NCBI GenBank assembly: GCA_036746315.1
Contig: DAIOEK010000007.1
Location: 19,759-83,758 of the forward strand
DNA length: 64,000 bases
DNA from: Anaerolineaceae bacterium
GTDB lineage: Bacteria; Chloroflexota; Anaerolineae; Anaerolineales; Anaerolineaceae
Reading direction: 5' to 3'
Both the position numbers and the translations under genes were made by a program. Shown here one piece after another: positions 25,089 to 34,901 of this stretch. Below the pieces are notes generated by a model, which was given only the letters and a program-made list of their open reading frames with translations, did not search any database and had not been told where the DNA came from. How positions within the stretch are numbered: the first letter of the stretch is position 1; each line of letters begins with the position of its first letter.

Positions 25089-27443
25089 TTAAATCTTGCC
25101 TGCTTCTTCCATTGCCAGATAAATCTTTTCTGCTGATAACGGAGGATTGGAAACGCGGACACCGACGGCATCATAGATGGCATTTGCCAAAACGCCAATC
25201 GTCGGGGTCATGGGGTGTTCGCCGATACCGCGGGCGCCCCAGGGTCCGTCATCCTGTGCTGTTTCTACAAAGATGGCTTTGTTTACCTTGGGCAGGTCTG
25301 CGGTGGTTGCAATACGGTAATCCACAAAACTGGGGTTCTTCATTACCCCGTTGACCAGCTTCATCTCTTCGAAGATGGCTGAGCTCATACCCTGGATGAA
25401 ACCGCCTTCGATCTGGGCTCGCACCAGATCGGGGTTGATGGCTTTACCGACATCGAATGCGGAAACCGCCTTGAGGATCTCGATCTGCCCGGTGAGGGTG
25501 TCGATCTCCAGGTCGATGCCCTGGCAGCCGGTGGTGTAATGGACGACAGCACGCTCACCCTGACCGGTATCCTTGTCCAGCCCGGTGACGTAGGTGGGCA
25601 TGAAGCTGCCGCGTCCCAGGATGGGACCGCCGATCCAGCCCTTGTCGTCTTCGCGGGAAATGCCGTATACCACCATATTCTTCAGCGGGATGGTGTTTTC
25701 GGATTTGAGCGAGATGACCACACCTTCTTTGATATCCAGATCAGCCGGGTTTTCATTCCAGGCTTCGCCGACCAGCTCGAGGATGTTCTTACGCGCGTCT
25801 TCCGCCGCGCGGCGCACCGCATTCCCCATGCTCCAGGTGAGGCGGGAGGCAACCGTCTGCCACTCGTAGGGGCTGTAGCGGGTATCCACCGGACCTTCGA
25901 TCTTGACCATTTCGTAGGAAACGCCCAACGCCTCGGCAGCGATCTGCGCCATGGCGGTGAAAGTACCCTGTCCGATCTCCTGTCCGCCCACGGAAACGGT
26001 TACGGAACCGTCTTCATTCAAACGGACTTCAGAACTGGAACCGGCATTCGGGGGCATGGAGGGAGCTTTCCAAACAATGCCGATGCCCTTGCCGCGTTTC
26101 TTATGGGGAGCACTGGCGGGTTCCTGCACGCCAATCTTGATCTCTTTCGAAACCACATCGATGCATTCCTGCAAACCCACCGGGTGCATCTTCATGCCGG
26201 TAACGTTGAAATCACCGCCCTGGATGGCATTCTTCTTCAGGAATTCGCTCTTGCTCATGCCGATCTTTTCGGCCAGCATGTCCATGACCTGGATGATGCC
26301 CGCATGCAATTCGGACATACCGAAGCCGCGATAGGCACCGCCGATGGGGTGGTTGGTGTAGATGCACATGGCGTCGGTCTTGACGTTGGGGATATCGAAC
26401 GGACCGGATGAGTTGTAGCCGCCGGCGCGGGTGATATTTACACCATATTCCGTGGAGGCGCCGCCATCCCAGTATTGGGTGTTTTCCATGGCGAGCACGT
26501 TGCCCTGGGCATCGCATCCGATCTTGAGGTTGATGATCAAGCCCTGACGGACGAAATTGGTGAAGAACTCTTCCTCGCGGGTGAGGCGGACTTTCACCGG
26601 TCTGCCGCCAGCTTTGGATGCCAGCGCAACGGCGACATTTTCCATCGTCACTCCGGCTTTGCAGCCGAAACCGCCGCCCACGTAGGGGGCGATCACGCGG
26701 ACTTTGCTTTCAGAGATGTCCAGTGCCTTGGCGAATGAATTCCGCTGCGCAAAGGGTGATTGGGATGACGCCCACACGGTTACATCGCCATCCGATTCAA
26801 CCTGCGCCACGGCGATATGCGGTTCGATGGGCACGTGCTGAACGTGCGGGATGCGGAATTTCTTTTCAATGATGGTGGTGCATTTCTTGAAGCCTTCTTC
26901 CACGTTCCCCTTGCGGATCTTGAAGTGGTTGGCGATGTTTGTGCCTGGGATGGGGAAGATGAAATTGGGGCACTCATAGTTGCCCAGATCGGGGTGGAGC
27001 AGCGGGGCGTCTTTGGATGCGCCGAATTCCGCATCAAATACCGCCGGCAGCGGATCGATATCCACTTCGATCAGGTCGATCGCTTTTTCGGCGATCTCTT
27101 CAGATGTGGCAGCCACGGCAGCGATCGCTTCTCCAATGAAGCGTACGCGGTCGATGGCAAAAATGGTCTTGTCTTTCAGGTACAGACCTACCAGGTTGGG
27201 AAAGTCTTTACCGGTAACGACAACTTTCACACCGGGCAGCGCTTGGGCTTTGGAAATATCTATCCGCTTGATAACGCCATGCGCCACCGGGCTTCTTTTT
27301 ACCCGACCAAACAAAAGGGCATTGCCGAATGGAATGTCATCTGTATAGTGGGCACTCCCGGTCACTTTTTCTAGCACATCCAAACGTCTTACGCTTTTAC
27401 CGACCGGGCTAAATGTTCCGAGATTTTTATCAGCTTGAGCCAT
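25089..27443 (-). CDS. Molybdopterin-binding large subunit of a xanthine dehydrogenase-family hydroxylase
   Basis: ~784 aa with Ald_Xan_dh_C-type sequence (GGAYRGFGMSE, GGGFGCK). AGGAG RBS upstream of the ATG at 27443. Confidence 0.85.
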   Translation of the reverse strand: MAQADKNLGTFSPVGKSVRRLDVLEKVTGSAHYTDDIPFGNALLFGRVKRSPVAHGVIKRIDISKAQALPGVKVVVTGKDFPNLVGLYLKDKTIFAIDRVRFIGEAIAAVAATSEEIAEKAIDLIEVDIDPLPAVFDAEFGASKDAPLLHPDLGNYECPNFIFPIPGTNIANHFKIRKGNVEEGFKKCTTIIEKKFRIPHVQHVPIEPHIAVAQVESDGDVTVWASSQSPFAQRNSFAKALDISESKVRVIAPYVGGGFGCKAGVTMENVAVALASKAGGRPVKVRLTREEEFFTNFVRQGLIINLKIGCDAQGNVLAMENTQYWDGGASTEYGVNITRAGGYNSSGPFDIPNVKTDAMCIYTNHPIGGAYRGFGMSELHAGIIQVMDMLAEKIGMSKSEFLKKNAIQGGDFNVTGMKMHPVGLQECIDVVSKEIKIGVQEPASAPHKKRGKGIGIVWKAPSMPPNAGSSSEVRLNEDGSVTVSVGGQEIGQGTFTAMAQIAAEALGVSYEMVKIEGPVDTRYSPYEWQTVASRLTWSMGNAVRRAAEDARKNILELVGEAWNENPADLDIKEGVVISLKSENTIPLKNMVVYGISREDDKGWIGGPILGRGSFMPTYVTGLDKDTGQGERAVVHYTTGCQGIDLEIDTLTGQIEILKAVSAFDVGKAINPDLVRAQIEGGFIQGMSSAIFEEMKLVNGVMKNPSFVDYRIATTADLPKVNKAIFVETAQDDGPWGARGIGEHPMTPTIGVLANAIYDAVGVRVSNPPLSAEKIYLAMEEAGKI

Positions 27444-27476
27444 ATGCAGTCTCCTATTCTCCAATCGGATTTGGCA

Positions 27477-27944
27477 TTATGACCGCTTGGCGGCTTCTTG
27501 AACGGATTCGATGATCCGGGAATAACCAGTGCAGCGGCACAAATTACCAACCAGCGCTTCGACAACATCCGCTTCGCTGGGGTTGGGATTGCGGTTAAGT
27601 AACGCGCGAGCTGAGATCAGCATGCCAGGCGTGCAGAAACCGCACTGAACACCGCCTTTTTCGATGATGGTTTCCTGAACGATATCCAGTTTGCCATCTT
27701 TCGCCAGACCTTCCACGGTGACGATGTCTTTACCTTCAGCTTCGACAGCCAGCATCATACAACTGTTCACCGGCTCACCATCCACCAAAACGGTGCAGGC
27801 GCCGCATTCACCGGCAGTGCATCCGTTCTTGGTACCGGTCAGGGAAAGAACTTCGCGCAGCATGGTGAGGAGGGTCATATTGGAGGGAACGGTTATTACT
27901 TCGTTCTCTCCATTCACAGTACAGGTAATTTGATGAAAACTCAT
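27477..27944 (-). CDS. [2Fe-2S]-binding small subunit of the molybdenum hydroxylase
   Basis: The Cys patterns GCTAGECGACTV and CGFCTPG...CRCTGY are present. Confidence 0.9.
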   Translation of the reverse strand: MSFHQITCTVNGENEVITVPSNMTLLTMLREVLSLTGTKNGCTAGECGACTVLVDGEPVNSCMMLAVEAEGKDIVTVEGLAKDGKLDIVQETIIEKGGVQCGFCTPGMLISARALLNRNPNPSEADVVEALVGNLCRCTGYSRIIESVQEAAKRS

Positions 27945-27966
27945 AATTGCCTCCGAATGAATACCA

Positions 27967-28857
27967 CTAACCCAATTTCTTCAGGGTATCTTCAACAGCC
28001 CGCTTGATCAGATTGCGAACCATGAATTTCCGGTAAGAAGCGCTGCCGCGAACGTCATCAATGGGGGTAACGCTGTCCATGGCAACCTGGGCGGCTTCAG
28101 CAACGGCTTCGGCTGCCACTGGTTTGGATGCCAGGACTTCTTCCGCTTTGACCGGTACGAAGGGCGTGGGTGCAACGGAAGCGATCGCCAGAGAGAAGCG
28201 GTAACCGGATTTTGCAGAGGAATCTTTTACGCCTAAAGCGGTTACGCCTACAATTGCCAGGTCGCTTAAACGGTTGCGACCTAATTTAATGTATTTACCG
28301 GCATGTCCGGCGGGGGGGACGGGCAGCGTAATGGATAGCACGATATCGCCGGGTTTGAGCACATTCTTGCCAGGCCCGGCGAAGAATTCGCGCACCGCTA
28401 CCGTTTTAGCGCCATCCACACCGTGGATGTTCAACACACCGTTGTAGACAAGTGTGGCGCCGATAGTATCGCCGGCAGGGGAAGCATTGCAAATATTGCC
28501 GATAATGGTTGCGCGATTGCGCAACTGGTAGCTCGCCACTGACTTGATCGCCTCAACAAGCACCGGATAATATTTGTTGGCTTCTGGAAGGGCGGAAACG
28601 CGGTTCATGGGAACAGCGGCGCCGATGGTTAAACCGGCTTTGGCATCGAAGCTCAAAACCTTGGTTCCTTCCAATGCTTTAATATCAACCAGGTATTTGG
28701 GGGTAAAGAAGCCGTCGCGCATGCGGACAAATGTGTCTGTACCGCCCGAGAATGGACGGGCCTCAGCAGCGTGACTAGCCAAAAATTGGCTGGCTTCGGC
28801 GAGAGTGGCTGGCCTGACGTAGTCAAATTCAGGTAACCCTGGATGCGCAGAGATCAT
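27967..28857 (-). CDS. FAD-binding medium subunit of the molybdenum hydroxylase (CoxM/XdhB-like)
   Basis: 296 aa with FAD_binding_5-type motifs (GGTD, ATIGGNICNASPAGD). Confidence 0.85.
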   Translation of the reverse strand: MISAHPGLPEFDYVRPATLAEASQFLASHAAEARPFSGGTDTFVRMRDGFFTPKYLVDIKALEGTKVLSFDAKAGLTIGAAVPMNRVSALPEANKYYPVLVEAIKSVASYQLRNRATIIGNICNASPAGDTIGATLVYNGVLNIHGVDGAKTVAVREFFAGPGKNVLKPGDIVLSITLPVPPAGHAGKYIKLGRNRLSDLAIVGVTALGVKDSSAKSGYRFSLAIASVAPTPFVPVKAEEVLASKPVAAEAVAEAAQVAMDSVTPIDDVRGSASYRKFMVRNLIKRAVEDTLKKLG

Positions 28858-29154
28858 AGATATTCACATCCTCTCTTTCATAATAGATTTAAAAGATCGT
28901 CGTTGCCTTACACTTTATCTGGTCGCGAGACACAGAATTTGAACAAATTATATGTGCCAGGAGGGTTAAATCACAATTCCTGCACGTGACCGATCATCAC
29001 CTGCCTTTCTGGAGTGGATTAGCTTTCAGAAGAAAAAATCTTGACGAATACAAGGTAAATCCTATTATGAAGATTTCACAGTCAAAGGTCAAGTATCAGG
29101 ATGTCAGACAAATGCTGATTTTTGTCATAATATTTTCCACTATAATCAAACATC

Positions 29155-30027
29155 ATGTCCTCTTTTTCTCAACCGCAAAATATGATCCAAGCCTTTCAGA
29201 TTGGAGCGGGTGTAAATGCTCCGGCAGACACTGGCGACCATCTTTACATACAAGGGGTCACTTCACAGGGCGTTTTTCTGAAATCAGGTGCCGGCAGGGT
29301 CATCTTCCTCACCTCATCTCCATTTCGAGGTCCGTTAACGGTCAATTTTCCTGAACTGCCGGCCGCGGTGTTTGAACCCGGTCGGAATGTGCCTTACCAG
29401 GAAGGGGAGGTTGTTCTGGAGAACGGCCGCGTCATCTGCTGGCGGGATGCCCCCATCTGGCAGCCTGCCCCGGCGAGCCAGCCCAAACCGGTTCCACGCG
29501 AACTGATCGGACGGGTGTGCGACCTGCTTATCCGGCAGCACGGGGAAGGTTCCCTGGCAGGGATGCTTCCATCACTTTTACGGCGCGCACCTGCGCCGAA
29601 CTGGCTGGATGAGAGATTTGCCCGACTGATCGGGAACTCCGCACCGGTGGCGGAAGAGCAGCTTGCCCGGTTGATCGGATATGGCAGGGGGCTGACGCCC
29701 TCGGGGGATGATTTTGTGTGCGGGATGGGGTTGGGATGGTCGCGCTATGGCATCGGCTCCGTAGAGCTTGTGAAGCCCGCGGGGTGGCAGGAACGTTTGA
29801 TGCAGAAAGCCTTTGCCGATACCACACTGGTCAGCGCCAATATCCTCGTCTGGTCGCTGCGGGGACAGTCGGATGAACGCATTATCAGCGCGCTGGATGA
29901 GTTGTTTGGTGAGAATGGTGACCCTCAGAAAATCGCCCGCGGGTTGTCATCTTGGGGCAGTTCTTCAGGGGTGGATACTTTTACCGGGTTGGTGTATTGG
30001 CTGTTTCTGGCAGATTACCTGGTGTAA
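29155..30027 (+). CDS. DUF2877/AllH-like protein (tentative)
   Basis: LIGYGRGLTPSGDDFVCGM...SSGVD resembles the GxGxGLTPxGDD signature I associate with DUF2877. It is divergent from the hydroxylase operon. Confidence 0.4.
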   Translation: MSSFSQPQNMIQAFQIGAGVNAPADTGDHLYIQGVTSQGVFLKSGAGRVIFLTSSPFRGPLTVNFPELPAAVFEPGRNVPYQEGEVVLENGRVICWRDAPIWQPAPASQPKPVPRELIGRVCDLLIRQHGEGSLAGMLPSLLRRAPAPNWLDERFARLIGNSAPVAEEQLARLIGYGRGLTPSGDDFVCGMGLGWSRYGIGSVELVKPAGWQERLMQKAFADTTLVSANILVWSLRGQSDERIISALDELFGENGDPQKIARGLSSWGSSSGVDTFTGLVYWLFLADYLV

Positions 30028-30032
30028 TTCGA

Positions 30033-31433
30033 TCAGGGATACACTTTTTCGAGCCAGTCAATCGGCTGCACCTGCACCCCGCCTGCCCATACTTCGAAGT
30101 GAAGATGTGCACCGGTTACCCGACCGGTGCCGCCCACCAGACCGATGATATCGCCGGGTTGGACCATGTCGCCTTCCTTGACATAGATGGCTGACTGGTG
30201 CCAGTAACCGGTATAGATTCCCCAACCATGATCGATGATGGTGGCGTTGCCACGCACGGTTTTCTCTCCGGCAAAGACCACCCGTCCGGCAGCAGGGGCA
30301 AGGATCTGAACACCATCGCCCCCGCAGAAATCCACCCCGGTGTGGAAGTTATCGTAAGGTCCGCCGTTGTATGACCGGCGGTTGCCATATTTGGAATTCA
30401 AACACTCCTGATAACTGTATGGCGAGGGACTTATCCATTTGCCATCCCACAGTTTTTCCGGCGTGTACTGGCTGGTGACGCCGGTCAACCATTCCAGTTC
30501 GGGTTCGGTGACAGCCGGGTCGATAAAGCTGTATTCCACCACCAGCACCGGATCCTGGCTGTAATAGCCATCCTGGATGACCACCATTTTTTCCGCCTGC
30601 ACTTTGGTGCCGTCTGCCGTGGTGGCAGTGATCAGCAGCGGATAGATGCCCGGCTCCTGCATGGCGTAAATGCCCTGCAGGCTGATGTCGGTGCCCTCTC
30701 CATCGGAGAAGAATGCCAGGTCGTGCCCTGTCAACGAGCCGCCATAAACCGTATCGGGCTGACTTTTTATCTTGATCACGGTGGTTTTACCCTGCACCAT
30801 CGGCAGCGGGCTGATCTCGATCTGATCGAACGGAGAGACCGGCAGCACGGAGGGGTGATCGCCGGCGGACGGCAGGGAGTAAGTTTCACCTGGCAGCAGG
30901 TCCCAATCCCCCTGAAGGTCGTTTTGACTTTTGATCGTCCAGGGCGAGGCGCCGGCGAGAATGGCGTATTCCAGCATCGACATGCCGTTGGATGCCATAC
31001 CGCGCTGGGGTTCCTGCTCTGCATCCGCCGGCTGGGGAATGACCAGATTGACCCCGGCATAGAGTTCCGCCGGTGAAGTGAGATGATTTAACTTCACCAG
31101 CAAATCCAGCGCGACGTTGTTTTGCGAGCTTAATTGTTGGAGCGTATCTCCAAAACCGACCGTTTGGGTGACGAGATACCCTTCCACACCCTGCAAACCG
31201 GGAATTACCAGTTCATCGCCAATTTTCAGATTGTTGGCATTCTCGATTTGATTTGCGCTAATTAAATCGTTCGCAGAAATGCCAAATCTCGAAGCGATCA
31301 GGGTGAGGTTATCCCCTGACTGAACAATGTAGATCGGCCCGGCGGGAGTTTCATCCTGAGCGGGAGTGTTGTATTGCGGCACCACCAGACTGAATACCAA
31401 TCCGAGGATGATGATAAAGCGAATTCTATTCAT
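30033..31433 (-). CDS. Secreted LysM-domain M23 metallopeptidase
   Basis: Signal-like N-terminus MNRIRFIIILGLVFSL. LysM motif YIVQSGDNLTLIASRFGISANDLISAN. M23 motifs HTGVDF and GAHLHFEV. Confidence 0.85.
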   Translation of the reverse strand: MNRIRFIIILGLVFSLVVPQYNTPAQDETPAGPIYIVQSGDNLTLIASRFGISANDLISANQIENANNLKIGDELVIPGLQGVEGYLVTQTVGFGDTLQQLSSQNNVALDLLVKLNHLTSPAELYAGVNLVIPQPADAEQEPQRGMASNGMSMLEYAILAGASPWTIKSQNDLQGDWDLLPGETYSLPSAGDHPSVLPVSPFDQIEISPLPMVQGKTTVIKIKSQPDTVYGGSLTGHDLAFFSDGEGTDISLQGIYAMQEPGIYPLLITATTADGTKVQAEKMVVIQDGYYSQDPVLVVEYSFIDPAVTEPELEWLTGVTSQYTPEKLWDGKWISPSPYSYQECLNSKYGNRRSYNGGPYDNFHTGVDFCGGDGVQILAPAAGRVVFAGEKTVRGNATIIDHGWGIYTGYWHQSAIYVKEGDMVQPGDIIGLVGGTGRVTGAHLHFEVWAGGVQVQPIDWLEKVYP

Positions 31434-31818
31434 ATTGCAATTCCAATCGGTCTCCGATGCTGAAGTCACTCAATCTGTCCGGGTGTGCTTCCACGACACT
31501 CAGTGCAGGTTTTTGCGGAGCATAGTACAAGCGCCAGGCTTTCGCCAGTGCGGTGTCTACCACCACCAGATTCTCATCCAGCCAGATTACAGCAATATTA
31601 AAATTCATGAACAGCATATGGATCGACGCATTCAGGCGCGATGGCTGATCCATTTTCAACAGGATGCCGGACTGCTTTTCAATATCGCGCTGAAACATCA
31701 TCCCCATTAATCGGGATGAAAAATCATCGCATATCCTGAGTTGAATGGGTTGGATGGCTGGGTTTGAAGGGTTGAATATTCTGGCTGTCTTCATCATACA
31801 AATTCGGACGACAACCAT
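31426..31818 (-). CDS. DUF192-like protein (start uncertain)
   Basis: ~125 aa. The pattern ...RLMGMMFQ...GILL...IHMLFMNFNIAVIWLD... resembles DUF192. It overlaps the M23 gene's start by 8 nt. Confidence 0.45.
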   Translation of the reverse strand: MVVVRICMMKTARIFNPSNPAIQPIQLRICDDFSSRLMGMMFQRDIEKQSGILLKMDQPSRLNASIHMLFMNFNIAVIWLDENLVVVDTALAKAWRLYYAPQKPALSVVEAHPDRLSDFSIGDRLELQYE

Positions 31819-31857
31819 TGTCGTCCGAGAAAATTAATCGAAAAGAAGATCAAATAA

Positions 31858-32247
31858 TTACTTTCGCTGATTGATAACTTTATCCACGCTGTCCAGCAGT
31901 TCCTGCGGGCGGAAGGGTTTGGAGATGTAATCATCCACCTTGGCAATGTGCAACCCAAGGACTTTATCTATGGATTGCGCCTTGGCGGTGATCACAATGA
32001 CCGGGATGGATTTGGTGGCATCATCGGCTTTCAACTGCTGGTATACATCCCAGCCGTCCAGGTCGGGCATCATCAGGTCCAACAGGATCAGATCCGGCGG
32101 TTCCTGATGAACCACATCCAGCCCCTTTCTACCTCCGTGCGCACCTTTAATAGAAAATCCATGGCGACTCAGGATCATTTCCACCAAATCGATCATCTCC
32201 GGATCGTCTTCGATATATACAATCTTCTTTGAGGGACTGGCATCCAT
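31858..32247 (-). CDS. Stand-alone response regulator receiver (CheY-like)
   Basis: IVYIEDDPEM...LILLDLMMPDLDGW...VIVITAK...KPF. Confidence 0.85.
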   Translation of the reverse strand: MDASPSKKIVYIEDDPEMIDLVEMILSRHGFSIKGAHGGRKGLDVVHQEPPDLILLDLMMPDLDGWDVYQQLKADDATKSIPVIVITAKAQSIDKVLGLHIAKVDDYISKPFRPQELLDSVDKVINQRK

Positions 32248-32310
32248 AGATTTCCTCCTTATAATAAATAAAGTTTACCACATGCTTTCTTAAACGCAAC
32301 CGGAGGGACG

Positions 32311-33075
32311 ATGAAAATTACAACATGGAATGTGAACGGATACCGCGCGGTTACCGGGAAAGGTTTTTTTGATTGGTTGAATAAAGCACAGCCGGATATT
32401 CTTTGCCTGCAGGAAATCAAGAGCAAGCCCGAGCAATTGAAACCGGAGCAATTGAATGTGCCCGGTTATGAGATCATCTGGAATCCGGCTCAACGCCCTG
32501 GTTACAGCGGGGTAGCCACCTTCTTTAAAAATACCCCGGAGAATATTACCTACGGGCTGGGGATCGAAAAGTTCGATGTGGAAGGTCGTGTGATCCAGAG
32601 CACACATTCCGGCTTTACCCTGTTCAATATCTACTTCCCCAACGGGCAGCGCGGCAGGGACCGGGTGGAATACAAGCTGGAATTCTACGATGAACTGCTG
32701 AAAATCTATCGAGACCTGGTTGCAAACGGCGAACAGGTGGTGATTACCGGCGACTTCAATACGGCGCACAATGAGATCGATCTGGCAAATCCCAAACAGA
32801 ACCAGCAAACATCCGGCTTTTTACCCGAAGAACGCGCCAAGGTGGATGAGTATGTCGAGCATGGAATGGTGGATATGTTCCGCCAACTGTATCCCGACAA
32901 AGTGCAATACACCTGGTGGACGTACATCACCAACGCCCGGGCGCGAAATGTCGGCTGGCGGCTGGATTACTACATGGTCTCTCCGAACATCATCGACCGC
33001 ATTGCGGATGTGCAAATTCATGATGATGTGATGGGCTCGGATCACTGCCCGGTGTCTTTGATCTTAAAGGAATAA
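32311..33075 (+). CDS. xth: Exodeoxyribonuclease III
   Basis: MKITTWNVNGYRA...CLQE...GDFN...GSDHCPV are EEP-family motifs, and the length is 254 aa. Confidence 0.92.
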   Translation: MKITTWNVNGYRAVTGKGFFDWLNKAQPDILCLQEIKSKPEQLKPEQLNVPGYEIIWNPAQRPGYSGVATFFKNTPENITYGLGIEKFDVEGRVIQSTHSGFTLFNIYFPNGQRGRDRVEYKLEFYDELLKIYRDLVANGEQVVITGDFNTAHNEIDLANPKQNQQTSGFLPEERAKVDEYVEHGMVDMFRQLYPDKVQYTWWTYITNARARNVGWRLDYYMVSPNIIDRIADVQIHDDVMGSDHCPVSLILKE

Positions 33076-33079
33076 AAAA

Positions 33080-33097
33080 AGCTGCCTTCGGGCAGCT
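33080..33097. terminator. Hairpin terminator between convergent xth and flp genes
   Basis: agctgcc-ttcg-ggcagct, preceded by an A-run. Confidence 0.55.
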
Positions 33098-33125
33098 TCA
33101 AGATGAAACGGAAATAATGAATAAG

Positions 33126-33269
33126 CTAAATTAATGGAATGATGTTGCTATAAACGTTGCCGATGGTTGGTCCCAGGAGAGCAAGGATGACGATGACTGC
33201 CAGGGCAACCATGACCATGATCAACGCATATTCTACTAATCCCTGCCCTCGCTCCTTTCTCAGTTTCAT
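33126..33269 (-). CDS. flp: Flp/Fap-family pilin (type IVb tight-adherence pilin prepeptide)
   Basis: Manual translation gives MKLRKERGQGLVEYALIMVMVALAVIVILALLGPTIGNVYSNIIPLI (47 aa, below the track cutoff), with the G/xxEY processing motif. AGGAGG RBS 8 nt upstream. Confidence 0.75.
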   Translation of the reverse strand: MKLRKERGQGLVEYALIMVMVALAVIVILALLGPTIGNVYSNIIPLI

Positions 33270-33382
33270 TCGATTTCACCTCCTGTGAATTAAATATATG
33301 CATCCGAAGCTACACGATTTCTACATAGATTATTACCCGTGAAATCGAAGACTGCAATAGGTAAATCTTATCAATTCCTTAA

Positions 33383-33420
33383 CAAAATATCACGAAGAGG
33401 GAAATCTTCGTGATATTTTG
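33383..33420 (-). terminator. Intrinsic terminator downstream of gcvPB
   Basis: A 15-16 bp stem, caaaatatcacgaaga/tcttcgtgatattttg, with a T-rich tail on the minus strand. Confidence 0.7.
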
Positions 33421-33437
33421 TTCTCAACGTTATTTTG

Positions 33438-34901
33438 TTATTCGTCGTCCGGTCGCCAGCAGCACAAAACGAGATCCCTGGCTGCTTTCACCTCGTCCAG
33501 CCGCCCAACCGGGGTATGGTGGGGAGCAGATTTCAAAAGCTCCGGCTGCTGGTGCGCTTCTTCGGCGATCTTCAGCATTGCATCCGCAAAGGCATCCAGG
33601 GTTTGTTTGCTTTCCGTTTCGGTCGGCTCGATCATCAGGGCTTCCTTGACAATCAGCGGGAAGTAATTGGTCGGCGGATGGAAGTTGTAATCCATCAGCC
33701 TTTTGGCAATATCCAGGGCATGGATTTCCGGGGCGTCGTCCCAGTGACCTTCGAGGACAAATTCGTGCATGCAGATCCGGTCGTAAGGCAGCGTATAAGC
33801 GTTGCGCACCCTGGCGAGCAGATAGTTGGCGTTCAAAACGGCATATTCTGCAATCTTGCGCAACCCATCTGCACCATGCATCAGGATGTACGTGTAGGCG
33901 CGGATCAGCATACCGAAATGACCGTTGAAGGCTTTCATGCGCCCGATGGATTTGGGCGGGCTATAAAACCCGTACAATGGGGCGGTTTCTTCGTCCCCGG
34001 CATCCAGAATTGCCACCAGTGGCGAGGGAAGGTAGTCGACCAGATGGGCAGCCACCGCCACCGGACCGGAGCCCGGGCCGCCGCCGCCGTGCGGGGTGGA
34101 GAAAGTCTTGTGCAGGTTGAAGTGCATAATGTCGAAGCCCAGGTCGCCCGGGCGTACAATCCCCAGCAGGGCGTTGAGGTTGGCGCCGTCGCCATACAAC
34201 AATCCGCCGGCTTGGTGCACAATCTGGATCACTTTTTCCACGTTCTCGTCGAACAATCCGAGCGTGTTGGGGTTGGTGAGCATCATGCCCACCAGCGTGT
34301 CGTCGCAGGCTGCCTGCAGCGCATCGAGGTTGACATTTCCGCGGCTGTCGGATGGGATGCCGACCACTTCCAGACCACTCATGCTAGAGGTGGCCGGATT
34401 GGTGCCGTGTGCCGAATCGGGGATCAGTATTTTGTTTCTCTTCACATCGCCGCGGGAATGATGGTAGGCGCGCATGATCAAAACGCCGACCAATTCTCCC
34501 TGGGCGCCGGCAGCGGGCTGCAGGGTGATACCGGCAAATCCGCTGATCTCTTTCAAAAGTTCCTGAAGCTGGTACATCAACAGCAGGTTGCCCTGAACCG
34601 TTTCCACCGGCTGCAGGGGATGCGAAAGGGCGAAGCCCGACAGGCGGGCGGTCACTTCGTTCACCTTGGGGTTGTACTTCATGGTGCACGAACCGAGCGG
34701 GTAGTAGCCTCCATCCACGCTGTAGTTCAGCTTGGAAAGATTGGTAAAGTGGCGTACCGCATCCAGTTCTGACAGTTCCGGCAGGGGAAGGTCGCCGCGC
34801 AGCAATTCCACCGGCAGCGCGGAGAGGGGGACATCCGGCTCGGGGAAGCGAACCCCCTGGCGTCCGCTGGAGGAGATTTCATAAATGGTAGGTTCAATCA
34901 T
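33438..34901 (-). CDS. gcvPB: Glycine dehydrogenase (aminomethyl-transferring) subunit 2
   Basis: MIEPTIYEISSSGR... start with a GGAGGAGG RBS. PLP-Lys context FNLHKTFSTPHGGGGPG. Confidence 0.93.
   Translation of the reverse strand: MIEPTIYEISSSGRQGVRFPEPDVPLSALPVELLRGDLPLPELSELDAVRHFTNLSKLNYSVDGGYYPLGSCTMKYNPKVNEVTARLSGFALSHPLQPVETVQGNLLLMYQLQELLKEISGFAGITLQPAAGAQGELVGVLIMRAYHHSRGDVKRNKILIPDSAHGTNPATSSMSGLEVVGIPSDSRGNVNLDALQAACDDTLVGMMLTNPNTLGLFDENVEKVIQIVHQAGGLLYGDGANLNALLGIVRPGDLGFDIMHFNLHKTFSTPHGGGGPGSGPVAVAAHLVDYLPSPLVAILDAGDEETAPLYGFYSPPKSIGRMKAFNGHFGMLIRAYTYILMHGADGLRKIAEYAVLNANYLLARVRNAYTLPYDRICMHEFVLEGHWDDAPEIHALDIAKRLMDYNFHPPTNYFPLIVKEALMIEPTETESKQTLDAFADAMLKIAEEAHQQPELLKSAPHHTPVGRLDEVKAARDLVLCCWRPDDE

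Noticed and set aside
25089-28857. Aerobic CO dehydrogenase (coxMSL) or 4-hydroxybenzoyl-CoA reductase.
   Set aside because: The large subunit lacks the CODH active-site loop (AYxCSFR-type) and shows a generic GGAYRGFG instead. The FAD subunit has no Cys-rich [4Fe-4S] insertion. Only a generic xanthine-dehydrogenase-family call is justified.
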